Source: Minisyncoccota bacterium
GTDB lineage: Bacteria; Patescibacteriota; Minisyncoccia; Phycocordibacterales; UBA9973
Length of the DNA: 64,000 nucleotides
NCBI GenBank assembly: GCA_041659785.1
Contig: JBAZXO010000004.1
Coordinates: 13,270-77,269 of the forward strand
Direction of reading: 5' to 3'
The position numbers and the translations under genes are program-made. The notes under the pieces are model-generated. The model ran no database searches. It was not told the origin of the DNA and saw only the letters and a program-made list of their open reading frames with translations. This document shows positions 1-8,153 of the stretch, in pieces; positions within the stretch are counted from its first letter, which is position 1; each line of letters begins with the position of its first letter.

Positions 1-323
1 CAGGAGATATATTCGTTTCTCCATCATTTGCAGAGCTAGAAGGTATGACGGTGCTCGAAGCTATGGCTTGTGGCAAGCCAATCATTGTTCCAAATGCAGA
101 GATGAATGCTGCAAGGTTTTTCGTAGATGGTAATGGTTTCCTATTTAAAACAGCAGACCATCTCGACCTGGCATCTAAAATTTTACAATTATTTACTAAC
201 CCAGAATTACGAAAGAAAATGGGAGAAGTTAGTTTTGAAAAGAGTAAACATTATGATATACATAAGAGCGTTGACCTATTAGAAGAAACTTATTATTCAG
301 CATTAAGAAGTAATAGAAAATGA
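1..323 (+). CDS. Glycosyltransferase family 1 (GT4-type), C-terminal portion; 5' end lies outside the window
   Basis: ORF 45..323 is open to the window edge. EAMACGKPII..NG motif is typical of GT1 C-terminal domains. Confidence 0.5.
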   Translation, partial: GDIFVSPSFAELEGMTVLEAMACGKPIIVPNAEMNAARFFVDGNGFLFKTADHLDLASKILQLFTNPELRKKMGEVSFEKSKHYDIHKSVDLLEETYYSALRSNRK

Positions 324-1129
324 CAGAATCATATTTAGAAGAGAAAGGTATTTATTATAGAACGAATGAATTCAAACCTGACAGACTAACTCTGGTCTTC
401 GTGCACGGGGTTTCTGGTTCTTCTTCTGCATGGTGGCCTTATGAAAAAATATTTGAAAATAAATATAATGTATTAAATTACGACATTCGTGGACATGGCA
501 TGTCTAAGAAATACCCCCATTATGAAGATTATGAAATTGAAAATTTTGCAGAGGATTTACATGATTTGATTTCTCATTTAAAAATTTCAAAATTTATTCT
601 AATAAGTAATTCATTCGCGGCCCTTGTTCATTTAGAATATTTAAAATTATGGAAAGATACTGTGAGTGCAAATGTATTTACTTCTCCAGAGGTATATTTG
701 AATAAAGGTGTGTTAGCAAAAATTTCTCTACCTATTCTCAAGTTATCAGAAGTAATACCATTCAGTCCTAAACCTCGCGGTCATGTTGATTATAGAAAAC
801 ATATCAATTCAACTGATTGGAACATAAAAAGAAATGTGGCAGATATGAGAAATACGACACTACGTGTGCATTTCTTTGCTTTAAGGCAATCTTTTGCCCA
901 TAAAGGAGATTACGAATTAGAGAAAATAAATGTACCCACTCTTGTCATGCACGGAGAGAAAGATACAATGATACCCATGAAAAATGCAATTATAATGCAT
1001 AAAGAAATAAAAAATTCTGAATTCGTAAGCATCCCCAATGTTGACCACAACACTGTTCACAATGGTGTAAAAATAATGTCCGAAGCCATAGAATCTTTTA
1101 TAGAAAAGAACAAGAAATCTTTACTCTAA
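320..1129 (+). CDS. Alpha/beta-fold hydrolase
   Basis: 269 aa with LVFVHG.SGSS..W and an HGMS-like nucleophile region. Overlaps the upstream gene by 4 nt. Confidence 0.5.
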   Translation: MTESYLEEKGIYYRTNEFKPDRLTLVFVHGVSGSSSAWWPYEKIFENKYNVLNYDIRGHGMSKKYPHYEDYEIENFAEDLHDLISHLKISKFILISNSFAALVHLEYLKLWKDTVSANVFTSPEVYLNKGVLAKISLPILKLSEVIPFSPKPRGHVDYRKHINSTDWNIKRNVADMRNTTLRVHFFALRQSFAHKGDYELEKINVPTLVMHGEKDTMIPMKNAIIMHKEIKNSEFVSIPNVDHNTVHNGVKIMSEAIESFIEKNKKSLL

Positions 1130-1155
1130 ATTATTTAATTTGGTATAATTAAAGT

Positions 1156-1794
1156 ATGCAATCTTATAAAACTCATTTTGCAGACAGGAGCTTTGTTTTG
1201 TCATTTCTAGGTGGCTTACTTTTATTAGCTACAAGCTTTGTCACTCAATTTTTTGTAAGCGACTATGTTGCTCGTTCATCTAGCGCACCTGTCACTGATA
1301 TAGTGCTGTCTAACACCAGAGTATATGAAGTAGGAGGAATTTTTGTATGGGGGGCGATCTTACAAGCTTGTATAGTTATTTTTATCGGACTTAGACATAT
1401 AAACTACGCACCGTTTATATTGAAAAGTGTTGCCCTTTTTACTTTGATAAGATCATTTTTTGTTAGCCTTACTCACATCGGCCCTTTTCCCACTCAAGCA
1501 ATAATAAATTCAGATTTTTTTACTAAGGAAGTTTTTAATGGTATTTTTACCGGTAATGACCTTTTCTTTTCTGGGCATACTGGTTTTCCATTTTTACTTG
1601 CTTTAATCTTTTGGGAAAATGAAACTCTCAGGATAATTTTCCTTTGTTTCTCTGCCCTATTCGGAATAGTGGTCCTTTTAGGCCATCTACATTATTCTAT
1701 AGATGTCTTATCTGCCTTTTTCATAACCTTCAGTATTTTCCATATTTGTAAATTCCTATTCAAAAAAGACTGGCAGCTATTTTTGAAAAAATAA
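1156..1794 (+). CDS. PAP2-like integral membrane protein
   Basis: Multi-TM protein with SGHT and H..D (HYSIDV) acid-phosphatase-type motifs. Confidence 0.4.
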   Translation: MQSYKTHFADRSFVLSFLGGLLLLATSFVTQFFVSDYVARSSSAPVTDIVLSNTRVYEVGGIFVWGAILQACIVIFIGLRHINYAPFILKSVALFTLIRSFFVSLTHIGPFPTQAIINSDFFTKEVFNGIFTGNDLFFSGHTGFPFLLALIFWENETLRIIFLCFSALFGIVVLLGHLHYSIDVLSAFFITFSIFHICKFLFKKDWQLFLKK

Positions 1795-1815
1795 ATTTTC
1801 TGCTATTATAGGGTA

Positions 1816-3030
1816 ATGAAATATTGTAAAGATTGTGAACCGGCGCAGGAAATACATGCAGTGGCGTATCTATCAGTAGTTATGGGTTGGCTAGACCAGC
1901 CATTTTTTGATTTAATGGAAATGCTGTTTAAGAGCACCGCGGAGGCTATTTCTGATAAAATTTCCCTTCCCTTCTTCAAATTAATGATTGCGCTAAAATT
2001 AGGATATTGGACAGACGAACCAGATGATAAAGATACTTGGCGTACAAAATGCTTTTGGGATGAAGCAAAAAGGCGCGGTATAAAAATGCGCGAATTTCAC
2101 TTGGGTCCCATCAGAGATGGCTTTATAGCAGAATACTCGCCCCGCCATGGCGGGGCGAGTGGGGCAAGCAAAACAATAATCTTCGATGGACTACCTCGTC
2201 CTGGATTTAAAGAATCTGAATCTCTCAAATGGATGGACAATAAAGGCACCATGAAAATAAAATTTCTAAAGGAAGGCTTGCCTGTCGCTCCTGGTGGAGT
2301 AGCTTTTACTAAAAAACATGCCCTTGAAATTTTCAACAGCATACAGAAACCAGTCATTACAAAACCAAACCTAGGTTCTAGAAGCAGGCATACGATGATA
2401 CACATAAACACAGGAGAGGGTTTAATAATTGGTTTCAAAAAAGCAAAGAAACTTTCTCCGCTTGTCATCATTGAAGAAGAACTTCGTGGGGACTTATTCC
2501 GAGGAACATTGATTGGCGGAAAATTAGCTGGCGTAGTGAAACGTGATCAACCCGCCGTAACAGGTGATGGAGTTCACATATTAAGTGAATTATTAGAAAA
2601 AGAAAACGAAAGACCAGAAAGAAATGGACCAATTTTCCATAAAATACCCGTCGACAAAGAAGCTGAAATAGAATTAAAAAGACAAAATATTACTATGAGC
2701 GATATCCCAGAAAAAGGTAAGCTTGTAACATTTTCACAAAAGACAAGTCGTGGTTGTGGTGGAACGACTACCGAGGTCACCGACATCGTTCATCCTGACA
2801 ATAAAGAGATGCTCGAACACGTCGGTACTTTTCTGAAAGATCCACTCGTGGGTGTAGATTTTATAATTGAAGACATCACAAAATCTTGGAAAGAGGAACA
2901 ACATTGCGGAATTATTGAATGTAACAGTCTCCCCTTCATAGACCTTCACCATTACGTAATGTTCGGCAAATCAAACAACGTCGCCGGCAAGCTCTGGGAT
3001 CTAGTCTGGCCAGAAACTAAAATAGATTAA
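1816..3030 (+). CDS. ATP-grasp family ligase (RimK/cyanophycin-synthetase-like); contains an in-frame family A palindrome insert
   Basis: KPNLGSRS and IIECNSLP ATP-grasp-like motifs. SPRHGGAS is encoded by the GC palindrome at 2136-2160. Confidence 0.45.
   Translation: MKYCKDCEPAQEIHAVAYLSVVMGWLDQPFFDLMEMLFKSTAEAISDKISLPFFKLMIALKLGYWTDEPDDKDTWRTKCFWDEAKRRGIKMREFHLGPIRDGFIAEYSPRHGGASGASKTIIFDGLPRPGFKESESLKWMDNKGTMKIKFLKEGLPVAPGGVAFTKKHALEIFNSIQKPVITKPNLGSRSRHTMIHINTGEGLIIGFKKAKKLSPLVIIEEELRGDLFRGTLIGGKLAGVVKRDQPAVTGDGVHILSELLEKENERPERNGPIFHKIPVDKEAEIELKRQNITMSDIPEKGKLVTFSQKTSRGCGGTTTEVTDIVHPDNKEMLEHVGTFLKDPLVGVDFIIEDITKSWKEEQHCGIIECNSLPFIDLHHYVMFGKSNNVAGKLWDLVWPETKID
2136..2160. repeat. Family A GC-rich palindrome (TCGCCCCGCCATGGCGGGGCGAGT) in frame inside a CDS
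   Basis: 20-nt perfect palindrome CGCCCCGCCATGGCGGGGCG read directly, encoding SPRHGGAS. Confidence 0.8.
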
Positions 3031-3521
3031 TTTTTATTTAAAGTAACTTCTGATTTCGGATCAAAAGCATCTGGATCCATTTTTAAGTGTGAAATATATT
3101 TTTCTTGAGTTACGAAATCTCCTAAAAATTTTAAGAAGTCTTCTGTTTTATCCACTTCCCCTTTTTCTTCCATATGTTCGAGTGGATGCGCTTCTGGTGT
3201 ATATTCAAAATGCCCACAAATTTCCCCATCATTATAAACTCGCAAATGGTATTGATCCTGAAAGTCTGTTAATTTTCTCCAACTCAATACTTGGTCTTCA
3301 TCTATCCAAGCAATGAAATGGTTTCCAAAACCCCATTTACTATGAAGATGGTTTTTTAATTCCTCTAGAGTTTTCCCCGCTGTGAGCCAGCCAATGTGGT
3401 ATTTTTGTCTACCCTTTTTGTGCCAGACAATACCCATCTTCAAAAGAAATTTTCTTGTAGGCAAAAAGAAACTGTAAATAAAGGTCCAGATTTTTTGTTT
3501 GATTTTATCGAAAAAAGTCAT
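3027..3521 (-). CDS. Hypothetical protein
   Basis: 164-aa ORF with no family recognised. Overlaps the upstream gene stop by 4 nt. Confidence 0.35.
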   Translation of the reverse strand: MTFFDKIKQKIWTFIYSFFLPTRKFLLKMGIVWHKKGRQKYHIGWLTAGKTLEELKNHLHSKWGFGNHFIAWIDEDQVLSWRKLTDFQDQYHLRVYNDGEICGHFEYTPEAHPLEHMEEKGEVDKTEDFLKFLGDFVTQEKYISHLKMDPDAFDPKSEVTLNKN

Positions 3522-3528
3522 AATTTCT

Positions 3529-3618
3529 TGGCGGAGAGAGAGGGATTCGAACCCTCGGTCCTTTTAAAGGGACGACAGTTTAGTAAACTGTTGGTTTAAG
3601 CCACTCACCCATCTCTCC
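3529..3618 (-). tRNA. tRNA-Ser-like (class II, long variable arm, G73, CCA encoded); anticodon loop UUACUAA gives an apparent anticodon ACU
   Basis: Folded by hand: acceptor GGAGAGA/TCTCTCC, 3-bp D-stem, anticodon stem ACAGT/ACTGT, variable arm GTCC..GGAC, T-arm GAGGG-TTCGAAT-CCCTC. Confidence 0.55.
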
Positions 3619-3739
3619 ATACATTTACCAATAATCTCTCCTAAACCTAAGGACAGCATAACAGAAAAAGTGTACCCTGTCACTCGCGAACAACGGGGTG
3701 GAAAAACAACAGTAATATGCTAGAGTAATTAAGTTCCAC

Positions 3740-3831
3740 GGAGCCGTGTCAGAGTGGTCTAACGTACCTCTTTGCTAAAGAGGCAAGGGCTTCAAAACCC
3801 TTCGACGGTTCGAATCCGTCCGGCTCCGCCA
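3740..3831 (+). tRNA. tRNA-Ser (anticodon GCU), CCA encoded
   Basis: Acceptor GGAGCCG/CGGCTCC, anticodon loop TTGCTAA, long variable arm, T-loop TTCGAAT. Confidence 0.8.
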
Positions 3832-3837
3832 ACAAAA

Positions 3838-3870
3838 AAGCTTACGAAGGTCTGTCCTTCGTAAGCTTTT
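3838..3870. terminator. Bidirectional intrinsic terminator
   Basis: AAGCTTACGAAGG-tctgt-CCTTCGTAAGCTT perfect 13-bp stem flanked by A/T runs. Lies between a + strand tRNA and a - strand gene end. Confidence 0.65.
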
Positions 3871-3882
3871 TAAAATCGTATT

Positions 3883-4233
3883 TTATTTCTTTAGTTTCTT
3901 AACAGTCTTTTTAACTACCTTGCCTGCTCCCCTCCACTCAGCCTTCATTTTCTTAGCAAGAGCATTTATATCTTTCTCGTGAAGTTTGTATTGCTTAGCG
4001 TAATTTTTTGACACAGTATCTACAGCCTTGTGATAAAGGGGCACAGTCACTGCTTTAGCTTTCTTAACTTCTTTAGTTACCTCTTTCTTCATCTTGGTCG
4101 CTAATGCTGAAACTTTCTTTTGATGAGCCTTCGCATTGGGTCCTAATAAATAAAAAGCTCCTGCCCCGACGGCTGCTAATCCTGCTCCTATTGCTACTTT
4201 CTTACCAACTGACATTTTTTTATTTTTTACCAT
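3883..4233 (-). CDS. Small lysine-rich hypothetical protein with an N-terminal Gly/Ala-rich hydrophobic segment
   Basis: 116-aa ORF. Confidence 0.4.
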   Translation of the reverse strand: MVKNKKMSVGKKVAIGAGLAAVGAGAFYLLGPNAKAHQKKVSALATKMKKEVTKEVKKAKAVTVPLYHKAVDTVSKNYAKQYKLHEKDINALAKKMKAEWRGAGKVVKKTVKKLKK

Positions 4234-4261
4234 AATTCTTTTTTGTTAAAACTTTTAATAA

Positions 4262-4531
4262 TTAATTTTTACGACTTTTCTTCTTTTTTCCAAAGATAAA
4301 ACGAAATATTGCACTATCACGCATATCCTCGAGAGCTTCTTTGGTAGTGTCTCCAATGTTATTTACATCTTTTTCTATTCGTTCAAGTATTCTAGAAAGG
4401 GTGTCCGTAGCGCGAATAAGATAAAATAAAAATACAGCGACCAGTATCCCCAAGACGATAAAGCCAACAGATGATATAAAAAAGAAAACTTGTGCTTGTA
4501 AAAGCGTATTCATAATTACATTATATGCCAT
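4262..4531 (-). CDS. Small membrane protein (N-terminal TM helix plus coiled coil; DUF948-like architecture)
   Basis: 89-aa ORF with one strong hydrophobic helix. Confidence 0.35.
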   Translation of the reverse strand: MAYNVIMNTLLQAQVFFFISSVGFIVLGILVAVFLFYLIRATDTLSRILERIEKDVNNIGDTTKEALEDMRDSAIFRFIFGKKKKSRKN

Positions 4532-4550
4532 TTAGTTATATAATTCAAAC

Positions 4551-6746
4551 ATGCAATTTAGTGACAGGCTAGAAACAAAATTTCGCCTAGACGTAAACCA
4601 GAAAAAAGCTTTAAATAAGCTAAATATTTTTTCTATAGCCGACCTGCTCTTCCACTTCCCTGTACGTTATAGCGACATAAGTGAAGTAAAGAAAATAACA
4701 GACCTGATTCCTGGAGACATGGCGACGGTTTATGGTAAAGTCTCAAAGCTTAAAACTAAAAAGTCTTTCCATTCAAAAATACCAATGGCCGAAGGTGAAA
4801 TAGAAGACCTATCTGGAAAAATAAAAATAACTTGGTTTAATCAAGCTTACCTCGCCAAGATGATAAAAAATGGTGAAAATGTAAAATTAACTGGAAAAGT
4901 TACAGAAGGAAAAAATGGCATTTATTTAGCCAATCCAGAATTTGAAAAAATGTCTAATATGCCAATAGATGCACACGACACACTCTTTAAAAAAGACGGT
5001 ATCTCAAATGCAGGTTTTTCATATCCGATCTATGCAGAGACTCGTGGTATAACTTCTAAGTGGTTTTATCATGCGATAGAAAAAATATTCAAAGAACACA
5101 CATTAGATAATATCGAGGACTATATTCCTGAAGAAATTTTAAAAAAATATCACCTACCTACTTTAAAAAGTGCTCTCATCTGGATCCATAAACCAAAAAA
5201 TAAAAATGATGCAGAGTCTGCACGTAAAAGATTCGCTTTTGAAGAAGTTTTCTGTATTCAGCTAGAACGCCAACATGATAAATTTGAATACAGGAAAAAC
5301 AAATCTTTCAAAATAGAAAAAAATATAAAAGAAACGGAAGAATTTTTAAAACGTTTTCCTTTCAAACCTACAAAATCACAGGAAAAATCAATTGAAACAA
5401 TCTTGAGTGATATGGGAAGAAATTTCCCAATGTCTAGACTCCTTGAAGGTGATGTCGGAAGTGGCAAGACTGCTGTCGCGGCGACAGCTTCTTATGTTGC
5501 AGTAAAACAACGCCCCCAAGACAAAAATGGAAAGGTGCAAACTTTCGGTAATTTACAAGTAGCCTATATGGCACCAACAGAAATCCTTGCTGCCCAACAC
5601 TTCGAGTCTTTTATAGAATATTTTTCACCCCGCCATGGCGGGGCAAGTCTCCCTCTAAACATCGGGCTTATAACAGGGTCAGGTTGTCGTAAATTCCCTT
5701 CTAAAGTAAACCCTAGTGGATGGACCACCATATCCCGCGCCCAACTCCTGAAATGGGTGGCAAATGGAGAAATACCAATTCTAATAGGCACCCATGCTCT
5801 CATCCAAAAAACTGTTAAATTTAAAAATCTTGCTTTGGTAGTGATAGATGAACAGCATCGCTTCGGCACAGCCCAGAGGAGAAAGCTTGTTCGTAAAGAT
5901 AACATTGCCCCGCATTTATTATCTATGACAGCCACTCCTATCCCCCGTACGCTCGCTTTAACTATCTACGGCGACTTAGATTTATCACTTCTCGACGAGA
6001 TGCCAATGGGGCGAAAACAAATAATTACCGAAATAATCACACCCAATAAACGTGAGCAAACTTATGAACAAATAAGGTTAGAACTTAAAGCTGGCAGACA
6101 GCTCTATGTTATCTGTCCTAGAATAAATGAGCCTGATCCAGAAAAAGAAATGGCTTTAAATGTAAAATCTGTAACAGCCGAAGCCAAACGTTTAAAAAAA
6201 GAAGTTTTCCAAGAATATGAAATAAGTGTACTGCATAGCAAAATGAGTAAAGAAAAGAAAGAAAAAGTTATGGAGGAATTTACAGAAGGTAAAATAAATA
6301 TTTTGTGTGCCACATCAGTGGTTGAAGTCGGTGTAAATGTCCCCAATGCCACAATCATAATTATCGAGGGGGCAGAGCGTTTCGGCCTGGCACAACTCCA
6401 CCAACTACGTGGACGTGTCATTCGAAGTTCACATCAAGCATATTGTTATATCTTTGCCGAAGCAAAAACTGAAAAAACAATTGAACGATTAAAAGCACTT
6501 AAAACTGCCAAGAATGGTTTCGAATTAGCTGAGCTCGACCTCGCATTGCGAGGAGCGGGAGAGCTCGGTGGTACTAAACAATGGGGCATCACCGACCTCG
6601 GCATGGAAGCAATAAAAAATATAAAAATGGTAGAAGCCGCCAGAACGGAAGCAATTACTTTAATAGAAAAAGATCCCGAGTTAACGGGATACCCTCTCTT
6701 AAAACAAAAAGTTCACGAAAAAGCTGGCGAATTTCATTTCGAATAA
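4551..6746 (+). CDS. recG: ATP-dependent DNA helicase RecG; contains an in-frame family A palindrome insert
   Basis: 731 aa with DVGSGKT Walker A, VIDEQHRFG and helicase C motifs plus an N-terminal wedge region. SPRHGGAS is encoded by the palindrome at 5625-5648. Confidence 0.85.
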   Translation: MQFSDRLETKFRLDVNQKKALNKLNIFSIADLLFHFPVRYSDISEVKKITDLIPGDMATVYGKVSKLKTKKSFHSKIPMAEGEIEDLSGKIKITWFNQAYLAKMIKNGENVKLTGKVTEGKNGIYLANPEFEKMSNMPIDAHDTLFKKDGISNAGFSYPIYAETRGITSKWFYHAIEKIFKEHTLDNIEDYIPEEILKKYHLPTLKSALIWIHKPKNKNDAESARKRFAFEEVFCIQLERQHDKFEYRKNKSFKIEKNIKETEEFLKRFPFKPTKSQEKSIETILSDMGRNFPMSRLLEGDVGSGKTAVAATASYVAVKQRPQDKNGKVQTFGNLQVAYMAPTEILAAQHFESFIEYFSPRHGGASLPLNIGLITGSGCRKFPSKVNPSGWTTISRAQLLKWVANGEIPILIGTHALIQKTVKFKNLALVVIDEQHRFGTAQRRKLVRKDNIAPHLLSMTATPIPRTLALTIYGDLDLSLLDEMPMGRKQIITEIITPNKREQTYEQIRLELKAGRQLYVICPRINEPDPEKEMALNVKSVTAEAKRLKKEVFQEYEISVLHSKMSKEKKEKVMEEFTEGKINILCATSVVEVGVNVPNATIIIIEGAERFGLAQLHQLRGRVIRSSHQAYCYIFAEAKTEKTIERLKALKTAKNGFELAELDLALRGAGELGGTKQWGITDLGMEAIKNIKMVEAARTEAITLIEKDPELTGYPLLKQKVHEKAGEFHFE
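5625..5648. repeat. Family A GC-rich palindrome (TCACCCCGCCATGGCGGGGCAAGT) in frame in recG
   Basis: 16-nt perfect palindrome CCCCGCCATGGCGGGG read directly. Confidence 0.8.
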
Positions 6747-7435
6747 AAGTCTGGATTTATTTTAACCCCGGCTTTTTCAAAAAAATCTAAATTGTACGTG
6801 ATAACCTCTACGACTTCTTCATAAGCTCTTTTTTGACCTTGATCTTTTAAAACTTTTAATAATTGTCTAGATACAGGAACAAAACTCCTGCCAATAATTT
6901 TATTAATCATCTCTCCGTTTTCAGGTAAATTATTTCCAAAAACAACAACAAAATGATTACCTTGAATCGTGTCAATAAACTTCGCGACCAAGGCTTCCAA
7001 TTTTTCTACATTTTCAAATCCATTTTCCATCTCGTCAAACCATTTAAGCATTTGATCTAAAATTTCTTTAGGTAAAGTTTCACCCATTTTTTCTATTTCT
7101 TTTCTCTCGACGATATGTTTGTCAGCTCCTTTACCTGCGACTTGAGCAAATTGAGAAATATCTCCTTCAAATGTCTCTCCTAAATCATGACCCCAAAGTC
7201 TTTCATAAATTTCTGTTGTATCTACCAGACCATCCAAAGAAGGACAAATACGTCTTAAGTAAAACCAAAATCCAATACAAGCCCACTGGTGGCCTAAAAT
7301 TGATTCGTGTTTACCTGCTTTTATATTCTCTTCTAGATAAGGAGTCTCACTCCAGCGATACTGCCAATTCCCATTATATGCATGAGACATAAACTTATAT
7401 ATACCATCAAGAGATTCATTAATATTATTTTTCAT
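6734..7435 (-). CDS. HD-domain phosphohydrolase (YfbR-like 5'-deoxynucleotidase family)
   Basis: H..H..D...D spacing (HESILGHQ...GHDLGE..EGD). The 3' end overlaps the recG 3' end convergently. Confidence 0.5.
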   Translation of the reverse strand: MKNNINESLDGIYKFMSHAYNGNWQYRWSETPYLEENIKAGKHESILGHQWACIGFWFYLRRICPSLDGLVDTTEIYERLWGHDLGETFEGDISQFAQVAGKGADKHIVERKEIEKMGETLPKEILDQMLKWFDEMENGFENVEKLEALVAKFIDTIQGNHFVVVFGNNLPENGEMINKIIGRSFVPVSRQLLKVLKDQGQKRAYEEVVEVITYNLDFFEKAGVKINPDFYSK

Positions 7436-7457
7436 AAAAATACGAACCTAAAAATAA

Positions 7458-8015
7458 TTATTTATAGTCTGGCTTAATCTCAGGGGCTCCTTCGATATGA
7501 CTAGAAATTCTTGCAAATGCATAAAGAAGACTAGAGAGCCTGTTTAAGTAAGACATCGTCTCTGCGCTCACATTTATTTTTCCTTCTTCTTTTGCAGCTA
7601 CTACTCTCCTCTCTGCTTTCCTAGACAAGGTGCGCGCAAAATCAAAAATTCCCCCTATCTCTGTCGCTCCACTGATAAAGAAATTTTTAATTGGCGGCAA
7701 AACTTTTTCAATTTCATCTACCATCGTTTCAATCTTGGTAATTTTTTCTGTTGTGATAGAGAGAGTAGCGCCAGCAACTTCTGCTTGAACAATAAATAAA
7801 TTCTGCTGAACCTCTAAAATAAGATCGGAAAATTTTACTTCACCGCTATTTATTTTAAAACTCATTCCTTTTGTTTTAGCGCGAGTAAGACCCAAAAAAG
7901 AATTTATCTCATCTAAAGTACCAAGGGCTTCTGCCACAGTCGAACTCTTGGAGATGCGTTGATCACATCCAAAAGTTTTTGTTGTGCCATTGTCCCCTTT
8001 TCTAGTGTAAAGCAT
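7458..8015 (-). CDS. PduO-type ATP:cob(I)alamin adenosyltransferase
   Basis: N-terminal LYTRKGDNGTT matches the PduO-type ATR signature (TGDKGxT); about 185 aa. Confidence 0.6.
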   Translation of the reverse strand: MLYTRKGDNGTTKTFGCDQRISKSSTVAEALGTLDEINSFLGLTRAKTKGMSFKINSGEVKFSDLILEVQQNLFIVQAEVAGATLSITTEKITKIETMVDEIEKVLPPIKNFFISGATEIGGIFDFARTLSRKAERRVVAAKEEGKINVSAETMSYLNRLSSLLYAFARISSHIEGAPEIKPDYK

Positions 8016-8153
8016 ATATTTATTTTATCACAAACTCGTCGCAGGCGTACTTTTTAGAATGCCTTGCGCAGGCGGACGCGCCGAGCAGTTCGCTGGGCTA
8101 GCAAGCCCAGATAGATTGCATTATAAAAAGTATGCCTAGAGAGAGTTTGTGAC

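Noticed and set aside
2097-2471. Minus-strand ORFs 2097..2471 and 5564..5935 that share the peptide APPWRGE
   Set aside because: - Both lie antisense inside well-supported genes (ATP-grasp, recG).
- The shared peptide is simply the reverse-strand translation of the family A palindrome, so these are shadow ORFs.
8016-8153. Cobalamin riboswitch or NrdR box upstream of the adenosyltransferase gene or nrdJ
   Set aside because: - I could not find the B12-box consensus or a contiguous 16-nt NrdR palindrome by eye.
- I report only the inverted-repeat structure.
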